Shown here: piece after piece, positions 58,088 to 64,000 of the stretch
Layout: every line of letters starts with the position of its first letter
How positions within the stretch are numbered: the stretch's first letter is position 1
Origin: a virus
Lineage: Duplodnaviria > Heunggongvirae > Uroviricota > Caudoviricetes
Reading direction: 5' to 3' (one strand)
Virus record (IMG/VR): IMGVR_UViG_3300015615_000629
Location: 160,001-224,000 of that record
Length of the DNA stretch: 64,000 nucleotides
The notes under the pieces: model-generated
What the model was told of the DNA's origin: nothing
Database searches by the model: none
Seen by the model: only the letters and a program-made list of their open reading frames with translations
Translations under genes and position numbers: made by a program

Positions 58088-58537
58088 ATCCTATCAGAAG
58101 AATTAAATAACTGGACTAATTTATGGGATGAAGCCGTAAAAAAGGAGAAAATCAATCAAATTAAATCCATTTTGGACGCAAATGACTTGAATTTCTTTTT
58201 TACAAAGGAAGGCGAGTTGTTTGCAGGCCCTGAAGAAAGCCGTGTAGTCTTCGCCAGAATGAAGAATCCAGACAAAGAAACCCCAAAAGGTTGGCTAACA
58301 ACAGCCGGTTTTGCTGCTATCAATCTCAACAAATCCCTAGAAAATGGCTTAACCCAAACCATGTTAAACCACAAAGACCTAGATTCTATCAAAGTTGTTG
58401 ATCAAGACACTATCTGCGACCTATTTGCCAAGAAAATAGGTAATAAATCCAACTGGCAATTTGTCCTTAAAAACACCTTCAAAAAGTCTACCACGAACGA
58501 CCCATCCAACATGACTCCAATTGGGGATGAACGGTAA
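58085..58537 (+). CDS. Hypothetical protein
   Basis: 150-aa ORF; TATATA 4 nt upstream. Confidence 0.6.
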   Translation: MILSEELNNWTNLWDEAVKKEKINQIKSILDANDLNFFFTKEGELFAGPEESRVVFARMKNPDKETPKGWLTTAGFAAINLNKSLENGLTQTMLNHKDLDSIKVVDQDTICDLFAKKIGNKSNWQFVLKNTFKKSTTNDPSNMTPIGDER

Positions 58538-59181
58538 TGTTTGAAAAAGATACAAGTAGAAAATATCAATGTTTCGTGTGTAACGAAGTTTTTGAAGATT
58601 ACGATACCTTCAAAGAACACATTTTGGAAAACCACGAAGAAGGCACAGATTATGTCCTTTGCCCAATAGCACACTGCCAAGCACCCGTAAGGGACGTTGT
58701 GCAGCATCATAAAGCCAAACATCCTTGGGAAATACTACCGAAAAAAGGCATGCTAAAGGCTTCTATTTGGCGTGATTATCGCGGCAAGAGAAAAAAGAAG
58801 GTTAAATTCAAACAAGGACACTATTCTTCCATAAAAATGGATAAAAGTTTTTATTACAAGTCTGGATACGAATTAACTGTTCTGGAATGTCTTGATAATT
58901 GGAAGCAAATTATAGCTTTTGAAGTGGAGCCTTTCGAAATACCCTATATTCACAGGGGAAACGACCATAAATACCTTCCAGATTTCTTAGTGGTATTTGC
59001 AGATGGCAGAAAAGAAGTGTGGGAAATTAAGCCCGATAGCCAGACAACTTACAAGAAAAATATAGATAAATGGCGAACAGCTGAATTGTATTGCGAAGCC
59101 AGAGGATGGAAGTTCTATATTTTAACTGAAGAAGAAATTGAGAAGTTAAAGAGAGTTGTTATTAACGAAACCGCTCAATAA
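58537..59181 (+). CDS. C2H2 zinc fingers plus TnsA-like PD-(D/E)xK nuclease (T4 gp4-like)
   Basis: CFVC...HILENH; YKSGYE, EPFEIPY, YLPDFLV, EIKP. Confidence 0.8.
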   Translation: MFEKDTSRKYQCFVCNEVFEDYDTFKEHILENHEEGTDYVLCPIAHCQAPVRDVVQHHKAKHPWEILPKKGMLKASIWRDYRGKRKKKVKFKQGHYSSIKMDKSFYYKSGYELTVLECLDNWKQIIAFEVEPFEIPYIHRGNDHKYLPDFLVVFADGRKEVWEIKPDSQTTYKKNIDKWRTAELYCEARGWKFYILTEEEIEKLKRVVINETAQ

Positions 59182-59692
59182 CACGACTAACAACAAACAA
59201 TTCTTCAAAATCGGCAAGAGTGGGCGATCTGCTACCGTTGTCCGCAGAAACAGACATTCCTAGAAACGTAGCAGTTTCTTCCAAATCTCTAGGAACCGGC
59301 CCTTTTCCAACTACCCAACAAGGACAATAAAAATCAAATTTCCTTACGACTCTAACCCCTGGTTTGGTAGGAGTGAGATCCGGTCTGACATCTCCTAATT
59401 TTAACTTATCCCCCTTCATGATCACTCTAGTTTTAGGATAAGCCTGATATTGAAAAATAAAGACACATTCGCCAGACTCAACAACAGTCCTAATACTGTT
59501 CCCTGGAATGATTATATCTCTTTTTAAAACCAGGAAATCGCCTTTGGTTAAGAAATGCTTGGCAATTGGAGAGTCTGATTGTTCTTCTTTCCCAAAGTCA
59601 AACAAGGTGAAATTATTGTCTTTTTCTGTTGTCCAGAATAAAAAGCCGAACAACATGATAACAAATAGGATAAGAAGCAGTTTCTTTTTCAT
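59162..59692 (-). CDS. Membrane-anchored hypothetical protein
   Basis: N-terminal hydrophobic helix. Confidence 0.55.
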   Translation of the reverse strand: MKKKLLLILFVIMLFGFLFWTTEKDNNFTLFDFGKEEQSDSPIAKHFLTKGDFLVLKRDIIIPGNSIRTVVESGECVFIFQYQAYPKTRVIMKGDKLKLGDVRPDLTPTKPGVRVVRKFDFYCPCWVVGKGPVPRDLEETATFLGMSVSADNGSRSPTLADFEELFVVSRVIERFR

Positions 59693-60687
59693 TTTAACCT
59701 CTCTCCTTTATTTAATACTCTGCCCACTAAAGCAGATGGAAAATTATATCTGTTTTTGGAGAAATCTAAGAGATAATCTAGATAATGGTTTAAGTTATCT
59801 TCTGCAGATAAGCCCGAGTTCTTCTGTCGCTCCTTCATGAAATCAATAAAATACTTCTCAATAATGTTGGTTAAAGGGACTCTGAAACGTTGTATTTGTT
59901 CAAAGTTTTTTAGATTTTTAATGTGAAGATGATAAGGAGAAAAACCTAATAACTTATCCCAAGGGCCTTCATATTTTTTGGGTTTAGATCGAACATCTAC
60001 AGCAACAGCGGTAGCTGAAGTGTCTTTAACAACAAATCTATCCCCAGGATGAGGCAAATCACCAACAATATAGCCATCCATAGTTAGTTCATAGATATTA
60101 TGCGGGTCAAATACAACTACTTGATCTCCATCAAGTAATGTTCTTAAACCTTTGCCTTTAAACCAAACAGCATCATATTTGGATTTAAGAACATTGGTCA
60201 TGTTGAACGTTGCTTCAAGTCTTTTTTGTTGGTAACTTGTATCTCTAGGACTAGATGGCTGCATATTGTAGCCATTTTGAATCCACCAACGCATCATGGT
60301 ATTCGGAGAACCAAAATTGATAGTTTCTAGTCTCGGAACATGTAAATAATATTGTTTTAGACCCTTAGTAGTTCCTAAGTTATATGTCTTTGCTATGTTT
60401 TTAACAGTTGTAAAATAGACGCCATACCCTAAATGATGAATTGGAGCTGGTAAACCAGCAGAATACTCCATGTCTCCTTCATAGCCATGTGTGGTTTGTC
60501 CTTGGCGAGCATGTCCCACTTCGTAACGAAATCCTGTATCTGCGATATTTTGATGATTTTCCTGGCTGGTTCCGTGGTAAACTGGCCCGAATAGACCTAA
60601 CTTCTTAACATCATCGGGTGTTACCTTTGGCACCCGCATGAAATCAAAAAATCTTTGTCTATCTTCTAGCCAGACCCTAAAATCCAT
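59689..60687 (-). CDS. ADP-ribosyltransferase-like (polyvalent-protein type) with MDFRVWLE leader
   Basis: PVYHGT, LGYGVYFTT..NIAKTY, YDAVWF, QVVVFDPHNI. Confidence 0.7.
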   Translation of the reverse strand: MDFRVWLEDRQRFFDFMRVPKVTPDDVKKLGLFGPVYHGTSQENHQNIADTGFRYEVGHARQGQTTHGYEGDMEYSAGLPAPIHHLGYGVYFTTVKNIAKTYNLGTTKGLKQYYLHVPRLETINFGSPNTMMRWWIQNGYNMQPSSPRDTSYQQKRLEATFNMTNVLKSKYDAVWFKGKGLRTLLDGDQVVVFDPHNIYELTMDGYIVGDLPHPGDRFVVKDTSATAVAVDVRSKPKKYEGPWDKLLGFSPYHLHIKNLKNFEQIQRFRVPLTNIIEKYFIDFMKERQKNSGLSAEDNLNHYLDYLLDFSKNRYNFPSALVGRVLNKGERLK

Positions 60688-60694
60688 TCAATAT

Positions 60695-61243
60695 CTAATC
60701 CCAAACATCACCATTCTGTTCAATTTTTTCATCTTCATAAACAGAAGTCTTTCTTCGATAAGTCTCATCAATAACATCGGTTAAAACCGCTTTAGCCATT
60801 AGATAATACCGATTATACCCATAATAAGGCTTCAAAGAGGCAATTATCTCCTGCAAACAGCCCTTTAAGAACACCCTTACTCCATAACGGGCGGACGAGC
60901 GATTTGGAGCATCGCCTAAAATTCCCCAAGTTAACCTGGAAAATACATAGTTTAACTCTCCGGACTGTTGAATCATATTTCGGCTTAAAGTAATCTCTGC
61001 TGCCAAGCATTCAGCAACAGTAATGATTTCTTCCTTGCGTTTGGATTCAAAGTAATTGCAATTAAACATATTTTCGTTGCCAACAATGTCATAAATTCCA
61101 ATGAATTTACCCAATATCTGGCTAATTGCGTAGCCAGTATGTTCACAAATCACTATGTCATCTGCATCTGTTGGAATAATTTCCAACAGTTTGTCAACAA
61201 GAACATCAAACTTAGGTCTGTCTTCTTTTTTAATATATGGCAT
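60695..61243 (-). CDS. Conserved phage hypothetical protein
   Basis: MPYIKKEDR...GELNY...YRR...YEDEKIEQNGDV. Confidence 0.6.
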   Translation of the reverse strand: MPYIKKEDRPKFDVLVDKLLEIIPTDADDIVICEHTGYAISQILGKFIGIYDIVGNENMFNCNYFESKRKEEIITVAECLAAEITLSRNMIQQSGELNYVFSRLTWGILGDAPNRSSARYGVRVFLKGCLQEIIASLKPYYGYNRYYLMAKAVLTDVIDETYRRKTSVYEDEKIEQNGDVWD

Positions 61244-61244
61244 T

Positions 61245-62159
61245 TTATCTCCTTAGAATCTCGTAATCACACGATATCTTATGTGCTGCTGGAGGCTGAT
61301 TCCAATGAAACAACAAATGTCCAGCAGCAACATTTTCTGTTATTTTTACCACGCGAGTTGTTGGCGATCCGATATCTTTAATTTCTGCTCCACAAAAGTG
61401 TTGAATCAACTCATCTCCACGATAAATGGCTCCAGTAGCGGTGCCAGGAACATAATGGAAATTAAGAGAATATTCCGTACAATCGCACCAACCTTGGAAA
61501 GACCTCAATTTATCAGAAACTAAATTAGTTCCGTAAAAATTCGCTTCTTGCTCAACGGTAAAAATTCTATCCTGTTCTATAAACCTATCAAGTTTCCTAT
61601 ACAAATCTTCCAAAGTCCCGTCGTTTCTTATGAAATAATCCACATATTTAACGGCAGGATGTGGTGGTTCAATAGCTTTCTCAAGAACCTCATCTACAGA
61701 GCCTTCAACACCTGTATTTAAAAACCATTCAACAAGTGGCCTTAACTCCGCTTCTGAAGGGTTAGGATCGTAATTTAAATATCCATCCCTGCTCAACAAG
61801 ACAACTTTTCCACCCAAATCACTGATTTTCTTCATTTCATTGAAATAACGGCAATCTGGAATAAATCTAGGGTCGGTGCCTCTAAGTGCCAAATCTATCC
61901 AAATAGATGATTTAATCTTCCTGAATTCGTCGCCAATTAACTGAAGAGACTGCCGAACTGGCAGTTCTAACCCAGGAGGGGCTTCTTTTTTAGGTTTCCA
62001 TTCTTCGATAAATTCAAGGTCTTTCTCAAAAGTATCACAAAATATCTTTTTCAGGGCTGTGGCGAATGATACTTTTTTCCAACCAAGTTTACTTTGTAAA
62101 TAATCAGCAGATGAGTCTTTACCAACTCGCATTTGGGCAGCAAAACCAATAATTTCCAT
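61245..62159 (-). CDS. Deoxynucleoside monophosphate kinase with C-terminal extension
   Basis: IIGFAAQMRVGKDSSA, SFATALK, RQSLQLIG, DCRYFNE, IRNDGTLEDL. Confidence 0.85.
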   Translation of the reverse strand: MEIIGFAAQMRVGKDSSADYLQSKLGWKKVSFATALKKIFCDTFEKDLEFIEEWKPKKEAPPGLELPVRQSLQLIGDEFRKIKSSIWIDLALRGTDPRFIPDCRYFNEMKKISDLGGKVVLLSRDGYLNYDPNPSEAELRPLVEWFLNTGVEGSVDEVLEKAIEPPHPAVKYVDYFIRNDGTLEDLYRKLDRFIEQDRIFTVEQEANFYGTNLVSDKLRSFQGWCDCTEYSLNFHYVPGTATGAIYRGDELIQHFCGAEIKDIGSPTTRVVKITENVAAGHLLFHWNQPPAAHKISCDYEILRR

Positions 62160-62205
62160 ATTCGTCTCCTTTTGCCTACTATATTAAAGTGAAGGAATTA
62201 AAACA

Positions 62206-62517
62206 ATGGCAAAGAAAAAGAAAATAGAACCAATTTGTAAGAATTGTCTAGCTTACGATAAATATCGAGGACAATGTAAAGTTGTGATAATGCATGATGG
62301 AGAGCGTTTTAATCTTCCAATGGAACCTGAAGATAGGTGTTTTTTCTTAGAAGAAACTAGTTATACGAATGAATCTGGAGGGGAAGAGAAGTTCACGGTT
62401 GACGTAGAGCAAGTAGCTTTTTGGTGTGAAGATCCGACAACGGGGGAAAGGGCGGACAAAGGGATAGTTAAGATAGAATATCCGGAAGGATTCTTCGGAA
62501 AAGAAGTTAATGAGTAG
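62206..62517 (+). CDS. Hypothetical Cys-containing protein
   Basis: CKNC...C...C; SD upstream. Confidence 0.6.
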   Translation: MAKKKKIEPICKNCLAYDKYRGQCKVVIMHDGERFNLPMEPEDRCFFLEETSYTNESGGEEKFTVDVEQVAFWCEDPTTGERADKGIVKIEYPEGFFGKEVNE

Positions 62518-63127
62518 GAAGTTAATTATAAGCCGAGAAACCATTCGACGTAAATTAATAACAAAAATAAACCGTCAAATGGGAAGACGATTAAGTTTTG
62601 GTCCGTCTGCGACTTCTGGTTGCGATTGTTGTAATTGTTGCGACAGTGATCCTTGTAGTTGTTGTTCGGGCAATACTCCAAGAACAATTACTGTGACAAT
62701 AACAGGCGTAACTGCAACAGATGGGTGTGCAGATTGTGCTAGTTTTAATACAACATATACATTATTTCAAACAGAACCAGACGACATAGATGAAGGCATT
62801 CCTTGCCGTAAAGGTTATAATGCATGTTTTTATGTTGGAGACACAGGCATAAGTACCGACTGTCCTGGGGGCTTAATCTTTGACTTCGAAGCAACAAGAA
62901 CATTCTTGGAAATAACATGTATCGGAGATGTTGTGACGGTTAATTTTTACATTTGTGGAGAATTACCGCAAATTACAAGTCCAGTAACTATACAATACAG
63001 CAATTCTACAACTACGCCATTTGATTGTTGCAGTCCTTTTTCAGGACTAACTACATCGTTCACCACAGGCAGCCTAATCGGATGCGATTTTGCACCAAGC
63101 TCGGCAACAGTAAATTTCTCCTGTTAA
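62510..63127 (+). CDS. Cys/Thr-rich protein, possibly virion-associated
   Basis: GCDCCNCCDSDPCSCC. Confidence 0.5.
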   Translation: MSRKLIISRETIRRKLITKINRQMGRRLSFGPSATSGCDCCNCCDSDPCSCCSGNTPRTITVTITGVTATDGCADCASFNTTYTLFQTEPDDIDEGIPCRKGYNACFYVGDTGISTDCPGGLIFDFEATRTFLEITCIGDVVTVNFYICGELPQITSPVTIQYSNSTTTPFDCCSPFSGLTTSFTTGSLIGCDFAPSSATVNFSC

Positions 63128-64000
63128 AACATTTCCATTAACTTCGCCGAATTAACTATTTCCTCCACCCTTTCAGGTTTCATATTCAAAGCCTTCAAAA
63201 CCCTGTCGTAATTGTTCGCCACATCCTTGGGTGTTCTTAATCCAGCTGCCCAAAGCCTTTCCGCCCTTACCTTGCCAATATTTTGAATCTCACACAGAGG
63301 AACCATCTCAGCCTTAACCCCATAAGTCATTCTCAATTGAACCTTCCTGAGAAATTCTTTTTTATTCCATTTCCCAGCCATAGAATCAATTACACCTAAA
63401 ACGGCATTTAATCTTGGAAAATCCGCTTGTAGGTTTCTCATCAAGGGAGCCAAAACGCTAGCATTAAGTCCATTTAAAGCCAGAAAATAGCAATATGCTG
63501 TTTTTGTAGCGGCATCTGAGACAGATGTACCGTATATTCTAGATATCTTTTCGGCAAAACTACCCATTGCTTCTCTATCCGCTCGACTCACAATTCCAAT
63601 TTTAAATGAATCAATGTTGGCCAAGGCAACGGAAAGGATAAGATCATTATCTTGTTGATTTGAATCAAACAAAGCGGCGAAATTGCGTTTTAGGTCTGCT
63701 ACATCGAAAGGACTGTAATAGAACATACTGGCGATTTTGCCGATAGTTGTCGCCTCATATTCGTCGTTTTCATTTAACCTAACTGCTCCGCACTTAACCA
63801 ATAAGTCAATCGTTGAATCGACGATTTCATCATCTAGGTCTTGGGCTTGAAAATGGGCGAAACTCTTTTTATACCATTGGTGTAGGTCATCTTTTGTGAG
63901 AATTTCTCCATGATGAATTTCACTAACAATATGAAAGGCCAGCACTTTGTAGTGGCGTTTATATTCGTTACCTACGTAATCCAATAACCTAGATTGGATT
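63124..64000 (-). CDS. C-terminal part of Ski2/Hel308-like helicase (starts beyond window)
   Basis: YEATTIGKIASMFYYSP winged-helix/ratchet region, HhH IQNIGKVRAERLWAAGL. Confidence 0.7.
   Translation of the reverse strand, partial: IQSRLLDYVGNEYKRHYKVLAFHIVSEIHHGEILTKDDLHQWYKKSFAHFQAQDLDDEIVDSTIDLLVKCGAVRLNENDEYEATTIGKIASMFYYSPFDVADLKRNFAALFDSNQQDNDLILSVALANIDSFKIGIVSRADREAMGSFAEKISRIYGTSVSDAATKTAYCYFLALNGLNASVLAPLMRNLQADFPRLNAVLGVIDSMAGKWNKKEFLRKVQLRMTYGVKAEMVPLCEIQNIGKVRAERLWAAGLRTPKDVANNYDRVLKALNMKPERVEEIVNSAKLMEMF

Noticed and set aside
1-64000. CRISPR array, tRNA or rRNA genes
   Set aside because: No regularly spaced repeats or cloverleafs seen by eye; the only tRNA-like structure is the tmRNA
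1-64000. Stop-codon reassignment
   Set aside because: Conserved genes are full length in code 11, and TAA, TAG and TGA all end genes at sensible coupled junctions
1-64000. Bacterial chromosome origin
   Set aside because: Housekeeping genes are isolated from their usual operons amid dense orphans, HNH genes, dNMP kinase and capsid-like motifs; terminase and portal are not in this window, so the phage call is inferential

Overview
AT-rich, gene-dense window, mostly on the minus strand, with many short orphan ORFs. It is best explained as part of a large (jumbo/huge) T4-like bacteriophage genome read in the standard code. It carries host-like genes: dnaJ, groES, infC, bS21, peptide deformylase, a tmRNA, TPP decarboxylase, DHH phosphoesterase, GMP reductase, ThyA, a DHFR-RfaE-like fusion, dNMP kinase, PspC and the YeaG/YeaH/SpoVR trio. 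It also has a DnaE polymerase split into two genes about 7.8 kb apart (the N-half holds a LAGLIDADG intein), four DNA methyltransferases and several HNH proteins. The strongest unannotated signal is a set of about 14 scattered, otherwise mostly unrelated genes that share an N-terminal M-x(1-3)-F-x-x-[WFY]-[LF]-x(0-2)-E leader resembling the T4 capsid-targeting sequence. Most sit 4-7 nt behind a TANATA box with no Shine-Dalgarno site, or follow such a gene. At least four look like ADP-ribosyltransferase-fold enzymes, suggesting a late-expressed, virion-packaged and injected effector set. Other notable items are degenerate major-capsid (gp23)-like paralogues (one fused to a MerR-type HTH), tandem prokaryotic E2-like genes and a GC-rich structured non-coding element. 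All family calls come from motif recognition by eye; no database searches were run.
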